NCBI GenBank assembly: GCA_022813965.1
Contig: JALDZS010000148.1
Location: forward strand, 1 to 60,721
Origin: Toensbergia leucococca
Lineage: Eukaryota
Reading direction: 5' to 3'
DNA: 60,721 nucleotides
Shown here: positions 1 to 10,094 of the stretch, piece by piece
Layout of the letters: every line of letters begins with the position of its first letter
Numbering within the stretch: the stretch's first letter is position 1
Translations under genes and position numbers: made by a program
The notes under the pieces: model-generated
What the model was told of the DNA's origin: nothing
Seen by the model: the letters and a program-made list of their open reading frames with translations, nothing else
Database searches by the model: none

Positions 1-183
1 AAATTAATCTACTACAATGTGATATTACTATTTAAAGCAAGATAACTAAAAACACATATGATAAAGTAATAAGATGCACATTAATTTTAAACTGAAAGAA
101 AAGGATCTTATTGTTTACAAGTCAGAGACTCAGTAAGAATTCTATTCTATTTCTCTATTCTATTACTGATAGTTTCAGCTATT

Positions 184-812
184 GATGAGATAATATACAA
201 CATCACAAGAAGGTCACAGATAAGAATCAGAAAAAACTTTATGCCTGAGCTGTTATAGAATGAAATTTTAAGTCTTCAATTTACTTTTATACAGTCCCTT
301 CTATTACTAACTAAAAGATATCACAAAGAGTCTACATTGACTCAATTCTTGAATCTATTGTTAAGATCTGATTAAAAGCTGATTATGAGTTTGTTTTTAA
401 GAAAGATAATAACTTCAGTCATGATACAAACAAAGGCAAAAAGAACATTATACAGAAATAAAAGAAATAGTATAAACTAAAGTCTTACTTCAACTGTGCA
501 CAAAGCCCTGATCTAGCCTCTATAAAAAACTGCTAAATGTTAATAAAATAGCATGTATGCAAATATCCTTACTTTGATAAACCCTCTTTAAAGGATCTAG
601 TAATAAAGGGTTGATCTTATGTCTCACAGAATTATATCAATAAGCAGGTGCTATCAATGTCTCGGAGACTTACAGACTGTATTGACAGTAAAGGAGCTAA
701 GATAGGATGGTAGATATATCTATATTATAGAAGTAATGATGATAAGAAGACTTTAGAAGTTCTATTCAAGTGGTTTTGTGGGGTGGGGGGGCCTAAAACT
801 CGCTTGTGTGTA
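184..812 (+). pseudogene. RIP-degraded Tc1/mariner-type DDE transposase, 3' part, plus probable right end of the element
   Basis: The region is very AT-rich. Conceptual translation gives LYA*AVIE*NFKSSIYFYTVP...VYIDSILESIVKI*...FVFKKDNNFSH...YFNCAQSPDLASIKNC*...SMSRRLTDCIDSKG, a decayed version of the Tc1-like motifs (LEEDxDxxH, SPDLxPIENxW, SMPRRL). Trp codons have become TGA/TAA. The element may end at the TA at 811-812. Confidence 0.8.
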
Positions 813-835
813 CGGGATTTTTTTTCAGGCGCGAG

Positions 836-1354
836 CCCCCCCAAACTAGTGCCCGGGCGCAAAATCACCGAGGGAAATTTTATCATTCTGCACCACATCT
901 TGCCTTGATTCCCTACCACTTTGCAAGCCATTTACTTGTTCCATATGCGTGCCATCTAGAAGCCAAATTACCTAGGAGAAAACCAATGCTTTTGTACCAC
1001 ATCCTGACTTGATTCTCTCACCCCCTGGCGCACGATTATCTCCCGGGCGCAAAAAATCATGATTTTATCTACCTCCTTCCAAAATCATGAAAATCCATGG
1101 TGAAATCCATAGTGTTGCGGGGTGATGAATTAGGTAAAAATGTGATACAATATCAGGATGATTCCTTACTGCAGTGAAGGTGGTAGATGGCACGCGGAAT
1201 CATGAGGTGTAAGACATGCAAAGGTGGTAGAGAATCGAGGCAAAATGTGGTGCAGAATGAGAAAATTTCCCTCGGTGATTTTGCGCCCGGGCACTAGTTT
1301 GTGGGGGGGGTGGGTGTAGATGTAGTCAAAGGGGGTGTAGGATTAGCAATACCC
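836..1354. mobile_element. Non-autonomous fold-back/MITE copy A (left terminus missing)
   Basis: Imperfect inverted arms of about 85 bp at 842-925 and 1217-1301 (caaactagtgcccgggcgcaaaatcaccgagggaaattt...). The right end ggtgtaggattagcaataccc resembles the right end of the copy at 7944-8550. The core is shared with that copy in opposite orientation. Confidence 0.8.
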
Positions 1355-1553
1355 TTTTTTACACCCTCCTTCGAAGAGATACACATTTGAAATCACACAC
1401 CAACAACGGAATACCTCGGATTCAGGTGGTGCGAGGTAAAAGAATCAACACCGAACTCTCCATGTTTAAAACGTCACTGAATTTGTGGGTGACTGAGGTA
1501 ACCATTGAACGCAATGAACAAATCCATGAGCCTGCGCTACTATATCTTGGAAG

Positions 1554-2918
1554 CTACCAATCAGCCCGACTTAAGCTTCCATCACATCTATGGTCGCCCA
1601 CTGTGCCTGACCTACCATCGTCAAGGCTCCCTTCAAAAGAGGGATCACTCTCATTGCCAGAAGAGGCACTGATGCTGCTCACACCTCTTGTCAAAGGTGA
1701 TCGATTGCTCGAGGCATTGGGACGAGGGTCTATTGGATTGGCTTTGGAGAGCGGACTGACTCCGTTCGACCCGGCCCTCTTGACCCTTTGCCGTTTTTCA
1801 CTATTACTTCCGTTGCTGTTTCCACGGCGAAGGCGACTGGAAGCCTGCCGTTCTTCACCATCCAGAGTTGATGGGGTGCTGCTGCGAGAAACACTTCGAG
1901 AATGGGATTCCGACCTTGTGGGGATATGCCGTTGCTTTGTATCCTTCTCGGCATGCTGTCTAGCATGTGTCTTCTCAAGGTCTCCAGTTTGGCTGGTACT
2001 GTTGCCTCTGGTCCAACGTCGCCAGCCAGTCCACCAAAACCATCCGTCCTCTTCACGTGCTACCTGCCTCCGATATCTCTTCAACTGTTGCCGGAGCGTG
2101 GCACGCCTTTCATTCTCTTTCTCCCAATACTCTGTTCTGTAGATTTCCCAATTCTCACGGAAGTCGGGAGAAAATGGTTTCGGCAGAAGTAGTAATTTGA
2201 TGTAATTCCCTCCTTGTGCAAGATCCTCCTCATAGGTGTGACCGGTTGGACTGTCCCTCCCAGTACGGGAAGCAGAGTAGCCATGGATCTTCACCAAGGC
2301 ATCCACGTAGTGAAAAGAGGATCCTTGCACCGGAAAGAATGACGAATATGGAAAGAGAAAGGACAAGTTCCCCAACAACTCCTTCCACCAAGAGCCTTTG
2401 ATAATGACAATCTTCGTGTTCATGCTCCTCAGGCCGCGATTGGCCACACCAATCCAACGTCGCGGCCATCTCACTCCCCGCTCCCACTGGCCGGTGCCCC
2501 AAATCAAAATGCAGGTAACGATACCACCCATCAACGCCACCTTCTCGGCCATCTCTACTACCCAGTATACGGAGCCACCCACGCCTCTGCCATCCTCACG
2601 CGGACGTAGGAAAAGAGCATAAAAAAAGTAGATAGTCCAGAGAGCAAGCAAGAGAAGAAAGAAAATATGTTGCCTTCTTCGAGCCCGTAAGTTCAGATAC
2701 TGTGCCCGAAAAGAAGCTTCCAGGATCAACAGATTTAAATAGATCTGTGGCGGGGACGAAGGAAGCGTTGATAAAGGATCAGACGGCAATAAAGGAGTGA
2801 TAGATCTGGAATCGTTGGATGGCGGAGCTGGCGACGATGATCTTGACGTGACTGTAGGCACTGAGACGCCCGGAGATGGGGCACCTTTGACGATTTGGTC
2901 CAATTTTGAACCTGACAT
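1554..2918 (-). CDS. SPO7: Nem1-Spo7 phosphatase regulatory subunit
   Basis: Carries the SPPQIYLNLLILEASFRAQY motif, two TM segments and KLLLLPKPFSPDFRENWEIYRTEYWEKENERR, all typical of fungal Spo7. Confidence 0.9.
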   Translation of the reverse strand: MSGSKLDQIVKGAPSPGVSVPTVTSRSSSPAPPSNDSRSITPLLPSDPLSTLPSSPPQIYLNLLILEASFRAQYLNLRARRRQHIFFLLLLALWTIYFFYALFLRPREDGRGVGGSVYWVVEMAEKVALMGGIVTCILIWGTGQWERGVRWPRRWIGVANRGLRSMNTKIVIIKGSWWKELLGNLSFLFPYSSFFPVQGSSFHYVDALVKIHGYSASRTGRDSPTGHTYEEDLAQGGNYIKLLLLPKPFSPDFRENWEIYRTEYWEKENERRATLRQQLKRYRRQVAREEDGWFWWTGWRRWTRGNSTSQTGDLEKTHARQHAEKDTKQRHIPTRSESHSRSVSRSSTPSTLDGEERQASSRLRRGNSNGSNSEKRQRVKRAGSNGVSPLSKANPIDPRPNASSNRSPLTRGVSSISASSGNESDPSFEGSLDDGRSGTVGDHRCDGSLSRADW

Positions 2919-3174
2919 CGCGCTGCGCTGACAATACTCATCGGTTGACTTGCTTCGAGAATGCTGTCAGACGAAGCCGACTCGCATCTTGGTCGTAGCT
3001 AAACGTTTCGTCAGGCTGGGACATTATTGTGCTCTGCATGATATGACAGCACTGTCTTCCAATACACTCACAAAGTACATACCTACCAGTCTACCACACT
3101 TCGAGCTCAGACTTAGCGCCGGACGCAGGTCCCTTTCCGACTTCCGTATCCGTACGGAGTACTCCGTAGGCCGG

Positions 3175-4460
3175 CCCCCGACCTAAGGAGGGTAACAGTC
3201 ACAGTCATGTATCTAACCAAATTAGGTAATAATTTGGATGTAATCTACGCTTATTCCTCATGTTATCAAAGTTACCATATCTTACAATTCTTTTACATCA
3301 AACGCATACTCAATCATCAATGATCTAGATTTTGACTTATAATATCTTTACACCTCATTTCAATAGGCTTCTAATATCCTGACACTCAATTTTGATAGTC
3401 TGACACCTCATTTCAATAACCTGACAACCCCTCATACTATTACCTGATTAGGCATTAGTGTTCCCCAGGCGCATAGGGAGTCATCACATCACATTTGCAC
3501 TCAATTCTCAACCTCTTTTGCATGCTATCTATCTTCTCAATTGTAATTTAGTAGCAAGCTTTATGTAGAGAATCTTCATGATTTTCTATAGAGTAACAGC
3601 GGGGCTGAGGGCGGGGTCAAGGGCGGGGGTGAGAGCGGGGTCAAGGGCGGGGGTGAGGGCGGGGGTGAGGGCGGGGGTGAGGGCAGAAGTGAGGGCGGGG
3701 GTGAGGGCAGAAGTAAGGGCGGGGGTGAGGGCAGAAGTAAGGGCGGGGGTGAGGGCGGGGGTGAGGGCAGAAGTGAGGGCGGGGGTGAGGGCAGAAGTGA
3801 GGGTGAGGGTAAGGGCAAGGTATGAGGGCTGATATGAGAGCTGGTGAGGTGAAGAAGGATCATGCTATTCAAGTGAATGATGAGCTGTTTACAGCGTTCA
3901 TGAGGTAGAAAACATCGCAATTTTGTGATGTTTTTGCGCCCAAGGGTGAGAGAAATCAAGTCAGAATGTGATATAAAAGCATGCTTTTTCTCCTAGGTAA
4001 TTTGACTTCTAGTGAGCATGCAAATAGAATGAGTAGATGGGCTATATAGCGGTGAAGAATTAATTGCTAACGTGGTGTGAAATCATGATGATTCCCTATG
4101 CGCTCAGGGGTGATGAGATTCAACTCAGAATCAGGTGCGGAGTCATGATAATTCCCTAGGCATTCTGACTTCTAGATGGCGCGTGAATAGAACAAGTAAA
4201 TGACTTGCATGATGATAGAGAATCAAGCGCAGATGTGATGTGAAATCATGATGATTTCCTATGCTACATTGCGTTCAGAGCGCACCATTGCCTAATTGAG
4301 TCAAATCTAGATCATTGATGATTGAGTATGCGTTTGATGTAAAAGAATTGTAAGATATGGTAACTTTGATAACATGAGGAATAAGCGTAGATTACATCCA
4401 AATTATTACCTAATTTGGTTAGATACATGACTGTGACTGTTACCCTCCTTAGGTCGGGGG
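3175..4460. mobile_element. Non-autonomous TIR element copy C, 1286 bp, with perfect 158-bp terminal inverted repeats
   Basis: 3175-3332 is the exact reverse complement of 4303-4460. The flanks taggccgg (3167-3174) and taggcagg (4461-4468) match at 7 of 8 bases, consistent with a target-site duplication. No transposase is encoded. Internal 3448-4296 is homologous to the cores of copies A and B. Confidence 0.9.
3600..3828. repeat. G-rich 12-bp minisatellite inside copy C
   Basis: Tandem gagggcgggggt / gagggcagaagt units. These produce the spurious VRAG and PPPS ORFs. Confidence 0.95.
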
Positions 4461-4811
4461 TAGGCAGGCCGGTCCATGATTACGTACCTTGTTTAGCCCT
4501 ACCTAGCACCATGTCATGTTGAATACGAATACCTTCAGCATGTAATTCAACGTTGCGTTTTCCTGCTCACCTTTTGCCGTTTTCATATTACTAGTCTGGT
4601 AGACCCAATAGTATATCACTTCTATCGAACGCCCCTCTTGATCAAAGCGGCTCTACTAAAATTGCCGTCGCCGGTCCTGCTTTCTAAGGCTTAAGCCAAT
4701 TCTTCTCAATCATCTCTCTCCCTGGCGTCGTGCAGACTCGCCGTCTCAACCAATTCAATCGGAAACAGTAGAATTTCTTCTGTGAGAATTTCACGAAGAC
4801 TGAATTCTACT

Positions 4812-6492
4812 ATGTCCGCCTCGACCACAAGTGGAAGCGAAGATGACTTAAGGTTGAGATCTCAACAGAGTCCTCTTGCCTCACAGCGATCCAAACAGGG
4901 CAATACACCAACCGAAGCCAATAGAACAGGAAGAGTCGGTGGGTACTTTACACTGGGATACAAGGATGGCTTCAGTCAGTGGGTATGCTATTTTACGGCG
5001 TGAGGATCTAGCGGCGCATACGCTGATCTTCAATCAGTGGGCGAACCTACCGGCCGCTGCGACGGAGCACAAAGTATTGTCATTTGTTCCTTACTTACAG
5101 CAGCCTCCTACCCATAGTCAGACAGGATCCGCCCCAACGTCCGCGGCTGCCTCAGCAGTCAATGTTTCAGATCATAAAGACTCGGTTGTGACTACGAACT
5201 CGATTACAGACCCTTTCGGTCCTCGACAATGGCATTCGAGTTTGGTCAAGCTAAGTGGCAAGAATCGCGCCCTGAATGAATTCTCGGTGGAGCGTGTTGG
5301 CGAGGTTACCGATCATAATCTAGTCATGTTGCATGGCTACGGAGCTGGCCTAGGATTTTTCTACAAGAATTTTGAGGGACTAAGTAGAGTTAAAGGTTGG
5401 AAAGTATATGCTCTAGACCTTCTAGGTATGGGACGGAGCAGTAGGCCGCCATTTCGAGTCAAGGCAAAAGATCGACAGGCAAGCATAACTGAAGCCGAGG
5501 ATTGGTTCATTGATGCGTTGGAGGAATGGCGGGCGGAGAAGAAGATCGAACGATTCACCCTCCTGGGTCATAGTCTTGGCGGGTATATGGCGGTAGCATA
5601 TGCACTGAAGTATCCGGGTCACCTCAATAAGCTCATTCTAGCATCACCAGTTGGTATACCGGAAGACCCCTACGCCGTGAACGCGGATATGCCGGACCCT
5701 TCGGATTCATCCCTTACAAATGAGTTTACACAGGACCAAGAAGATGTGGTCAACAGTTCTAACCCTAATATATCAGAGTCTGCTAAAGTAGGAGATAACA
5801 ACAATTTCTTAAATGCGAGGGCGAAATTACGGGGAAATAATCAGAACGGTGACAAAAACTCGCCGGCTGCGCCAAAGAAACCATTGCCTACATGGCTGAA
5901 GTATCTCTGGGATGCCAATGTCTCACCCTTCAGCTTGGTCCGATGGTCCGGGCCCCTAGGACCTCGTTTTGTATCCGGCTGGACGTCACGACGGTTTTCC
6001 CATTTACCCCCGAACGAAGCGCAAGCTCTGCACGATTATGCTTACTCTCTATTTAAGCAACGAGGTAGCGGCGAATATGCCTTGGCTTACATACTCGCAC
6101 CTGGCGCTTTTGCTCGTAGTCCGTTAATCAGACGTATACATGGCGTAGGACGGCAAATGATCGCACTGGATGGATCTCTCACATCAAGCGTCTCTACAGC
6201 GCAAACGAGACGTGAAAGAGGAGTGCCGGTCGTCCTCATGTATGGCGAAAATGACTGGATGGACATCGCTGGTGGATACGCGGCAGAGCAAAAGATAAAG
6301 GAAGAGAAAGAGAAGGTTCTAGAGACCGTACCATCCGAAGAAAAGCTGAAAGATCATGGATCGGCGAAGGTCATGGTGATCAAGAAAGCTGGTCATCATG
6401 TCTATCTTGATGGGTGGGAAGAGTTCAACGAGGTTATGCGGGAAGAAATGGATGAGGTCTCGAGACGAGAGAATAGGGCTAATACTTCATGA
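4812..6492 (+). CDS. Alpha/beta hydrolase, Cld1/Ict1 (ABHD4/5) family cardiolipin deacylase-like
   Basis: Motifs HGYGAGLGFF, DLLGMGRSSRP, GHSLGGY (nucleophile elbow), YGENDWM and AGHHVYLD. Intron at about 4983-5038 (gtatgc...cag). Confidence 0.85.
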
Positions 6493-6989
6493 TTACCCGT
6501 TTTCATTTTGCATGTGCTTTGCATTGGAACGTTGAGCGAGCGAAAACACATTTGCGATTGCAGTATTATGACTGGCGTCACCACCCAACAGCTGGATTTT
6601 CTTCTACTGAGGCGTTTGTGGTGGTACTGTGGCATGACCGTGACCTTCGAAGCTCTCTATATCCGTATCTAGCTAGTCTCCGCGAGCTACCCTACCTACG
6701 TTAATTTGCTCGGTAGATCGAGGAAAATAATTAGGCAGGAATCTCGGAGCCACAAGTCCACAGTAGGAACACTTCATATGCTGGAAACACTTGCATTCAC
6801 AGTTTCGCCTCATACCGACCAAGACGTCTTCCACTGTTTCCTTTGATGAGTGGAATGGTCATCAAATCCAGTTCTTACCTACCAAGGTGAGTCTGAGAAA
6901 CATGGCTGTTGCTCACGGACCTTGAATTCACTAGCTATGTCTTTCGTGCGTCTGCCAAGCTTGAAAGGCTAATAAGCGCCTAAAACTTA

Positions 6990-7742
6990 TTAGCTAGGAG
7001 GTTTGGTTTGGGCTGTAATCGAGAGGACAGATGACGAAGACCTGTGGCGTAATGTATATTTCTCGGCACTGGCTGCATCTAAAGCTGTCGTTGACTTGGA
7101 AGCTGTGCGGTTGAGGAAGTAGTCTTCCATACCCATAGTTCCTACCGTACGAGAGCTTGTTGGCGTTCTTGCGCGAGACGACACTGGGGATCTGGGTATC
7201 GAGTCTGGAGTTTTGGGGATCCAACTCTCCAGGATTGCGGCCGTTAGGCTACTGGACGTCAACGATCGACGATGTCTGCGATGACGTTCACCAGTCCCAG
7301 TCAAGAGCTCAAGGCGCGAGTTCATTGACGTCCAGGGCGCTTCGTCCTCGTCAGGTCCTGGGATCTTCCACCCGCCTATTCCCTCGTAATCACGTTCCGG
7401 ACCAGCTCCGCCATACACCCCGAACCCGATTGAGTCTGGGACTTTCTGTCCTCCGCCAAACGAAAGCGTGCTAGATGTGCTGCTTCTTCGACTTATACGC
7501 CTTGAGTTCTTGTCCTCGGCGGAAAATGTGAGTGTATCGGAAGGCGGGATCGTAGTCTTGGTCACGGACTGGCCTAACAATACATCCTGTATTATGACTG
7601 CTAAAAACTCGAGATTGATAAGAAGGAGACGGAAGCCGAGAGTTGTGAAAGCTAAGGAGGTTGTGAGGAGAGCAAAGAGTAAAAGGGGGACTGAGATGAG
7701 TAGTAATATGGGGGACAGTAAGGTGTCAGTGACGTTGGACAT
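6990..7742 (-). CDS. Fungal hypothetical protein with N-terminal TM hairpin and Ser/Arg-rich tail
   Basis: Long open frame with a hydrophobic N-terminus and an RDYEGIGGW...WTSMNSRLEL motif. The start is placed at the ATG at 7742. Confidence 0.7.
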   Translation of the reverse strand: MSNVTDTLLSPILLLISVPLLLFALLTTSLAFTTLGFRLLLINLEFLAVIIQDVLLGQSVTKTTIPPSDTLTFSAEDKNSRRISRRSSTSSTLSFGGGQKVPDSIGFGVYGGAGPERDYEGIGGWKIPGPDEDEAPWTSMNSRLELLTGTGERHRRHRRSLTSSSLTAAILESWIPKTPDSIPRSPVSSRARTPTSSRTVGTMGMEDYFLNRTASKSTTALDAASAEKYTLRHRSSSSVLSITAQTKPPS

Positions 7743-7943
7743 GGTGGTAAGATGAAGTAGGGAAGCGGTGGAGGATGTTCCATGCTGTTGTGATACCTTC
7801 AACAGTGATGAGAGTGCAGGGAAAATACAAAAAGAGGGGTGAAGAAAAGAAGGGTTCACTATGTTCATTAGTTACGTGACGTAAGTAAATGTACGTTTAG
7901 ACCTCAAATACCTTCCGAGTAGAGTGGTAGAGTATAAATTCTA

Positions 7944-8550
7944 GGCTACTGATAATCCTACACCCCATTTTGATACATCTACACCCCTTCTCCCCCCCTC
8001 CCCCCCCCGGGGCCCGGGCGCAAGATCACGAAGGGAAAACTCACGATTCCACACCAAGTTTGCACTTTATTCTCTACCTCTATTGCATGCCAGCTACCTC
8101 CTCAATTGCGTGTCATTTAGTAGCAAGCTTTGCCTAGGGAATCTTCGTGCCTTTCTACCTCGTCTTGACTCGATTTCCCACCCCATTCCGACTCAATTTT
8201 CGCACCCCATTCTGACTCAATTTCCTGTGGATAACAGAGTATTTCATGATGTTGAAATGAGGTGGATAGCTTGCAAAATCATAATGTCTTTGCGCCCCGG
8301 GAGTGATCGTGCGCCCGGGGGTGAGGGAATCAAGTCAGGACGTGATACAAAAGCATGGTTTTTCTCCTAAGTAATTTGGCTTCTAGATGGCACGCAAATG
8401 GAACACATAAATGGCTTGCATAGAGGTAGAGAATCAAGTGCAAACGTGGTGTGGAATCACGAGTTTTCCCTCCGTGATCTTGCGCCCGGGCCCTTGGGGG
8501 GGGTGGGGGGTGTAGATGTATCAAAATAGGGTGTAGGATTATCAGTAGCC
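7944..8550. mobile_element. Complete MITE copy B, 607 bp, with ~140-bp TIRs and a perfect 8-bp TSD
   Basis: Begins ggctactgataatcctacaccc and ends gggtgtaggattatcagtagcc. It is flanked by aaattcta at 7936-7943 and 8551-8558. Degenerate inverted symmetry continues inward. Confidence 0.92.
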
Positions 8551-8648
8551 AAATTCTATCCTTCGATACAAATATAAAATACGGCGGTTTATTCGTGTTT
8601 AATACTCGATACTCTACCTTCAACAACCTCATCTCTGTGTTGGGCATC

Positions 8649-9890
8649 ATGGCTGAAGGGAATACGGCTTTGGACTCTGATTTTCCATGGCACCTTGGGA
8701 TCTTCGACGCTCACTGTCATCCTACCGACGTTACGTCTTCTGTCGATGGCATTCCCAATATGAAAGCCAGGATTTTAACCATTATGGCTTCAAGAGCAGA
8801 AGATCAAGAAATCGTCGCTCAAACTACCATCAAAGCTGGCGTCACTGAAGCTTCTATCTCTACACTTGGTAACAATACCATGCATTCGAAATGTCAGGTT
8901 GTACCTTCCTTTGGCTGGCACCCGTGGTTCTCCCACCTCCTATACGTTGATTACGACTCCTCAGTCAACCCTGAGCAAAGGTTCCAGAGGCCCCCCAAAA
9001 CAGACCATTATAGAGCTGTTATGATCCCTCCTCTGGAAGATCGTGATTTGGAAGATCATGATTTCTTGCTTGGCCTGCCTGAACCTCGCCCACTATCAGA
9101 GTATCTTGCGCAGACTCGGTATTACCTTGATTTGTACCCCCAAGCCCTAATCGGGGAGATTGGACTTGATCGTTCATTTAGAGTCCCAAATCACTGGATT
9201 TCTGATCAGAAAGATGTGAGAAATTCAATGTTGACTCCAGGTGGACGCGAGGGAAGACGTCTATCTCGTTATCGTGTAAACCTTGACCATCAACGGAAGA
9301 TCATGAGAGCTCAACTTAACCTCGCCGGGGAGATGCAACGAGCGGTATCCGTGCATGGGGTTGCAGCCCATGGCATAGTTTTCGAGACGTTGCAAGAATC
9401 TTGGAAGGGTCATGAGAAAGAGGTTATTAGTAATCGGTCAAGGAAACGGCAGGCCGCCGCTGCTGCAGCTAACGAAGATGATAATGAAAGCTGTCGCCCA
9501 AGACATTCTGGTGTGAGTGTCTCTAAGCCTTTTCCCCCTCGGATCTGTCTTCATTCGTACTCTGGTCCTCCCGATACCTTGAAGCAATATTTTCACCCTG
9601 CCATACCTGCAACGATGTTCTTCTCTTTTTCTCAGCTGGTAAATTTTTCTTCTTCAACCTCTTCCAAGGCGATTGAGGTGATCGAAGCGGTGCCGAGAGA
9701 TAGAATATTGGTGGAGAGCGATCTTCACCACGCCGGAAAAGAGATGGATGATTTACTTGAGCGGATGGTGCGATGCATTTGTCGGATCAAAAGGTGGTCG
9801 TTGAACGAGGGTGTCAAGCAATTAGCTTGCAATTCGATGCATTTCATCTTCGGTAAAATCCCAGAAGTCTCAGGCACTACCGCCTGTTGA
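8649..9890 (+). CDS. TatD-family metallohydrolase, Cut9-interacting Scn1-like
   Basis: Motifs DAHCHP, GWHPW, GEIGLD, SVH, LHSYSG and LVESD. Confidence 0.88.
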   Translation: MAEGNTALDSDFPWHLGIFDAHCHPTDVTSSVDGIPNMKARILTIMASRAEDQEIVAQTTIKAGVTEASISTLGNNTMHSKCQVVPSFGWHPWFSHLLYVDYDSSVNPEQRFQRPPKTDHYRAVMIPPLEDRDLEDHDFLLGLPEPRPLSEYLAQTRYYLDLYPQALIGEIGLDRSFRVPNHWISDQKDVRNSMLTPGGREGRRLSRYRVNLDHQRKIMRAQLNLAGEMQRAVSVHGVAAHGIVFETLQESWKGHEKEVISNRSRKRQAAAAAANEDDNESCRPRHSGVSVSKPFPPRICLHSYSGPPDTLKQYFHPAIPATMFFSFSQLVNFSSSTSSKAIEVIEAVPRDRILVESDLHHAGKEMDDLLERMVRCICRIKRWSLNEGVKQLACNSMHFIFGKIPEVSGTTAC

Positions 9891-9989
9891 GTAACTCTTT
9901 GCTTCTATTATTCTAAATGAAGAATTACCGAGTGCCTTCAGATGAGACGACAAATACTTCACCCTAATGAGTGAACCCCTACAGCAATT

Positions 9990-10029
9990 CACTAAGCGGG
10001 CAACAACACACTAAGCGGGCAACAACACT
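9990..10029. repeat. Short tandem duplication (cactaagcggg(g)caacaacac x2) upstream of the orphan gene
   Basis: Two adjacent, near-identical units of about 20 bp. Confidence 0.8.
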
Positions 10030-10094
10030 GGAGACAGTCATCTCGTCCGAATTCTGCTCATCGCTACTTGCCTCTACAAACAGTTATCCAAGAC

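Noticed and set aside
806..1012. Similar ORFs at 806-1012 (+) and 8330-8650 (-) sharing HLEAKLxRRKxMLLYH
   Set aside because: The similarity comes from the shared MITE core. Neither shows a transposase motif or a good start.
1387..2142. 251-aa ORF antisense to SPO7
   Set aside because: It is a shadow of the real gene, with a non-ATG start and no recognisable domain.
3576..3959. Pro-rich and VRAG-repeat ORFs; resemblance to a telomere repeat
   Set aside because: These are translations of the 12-bp minisatellite. The unit is not TTAGGG and it is internal to a TIR element.
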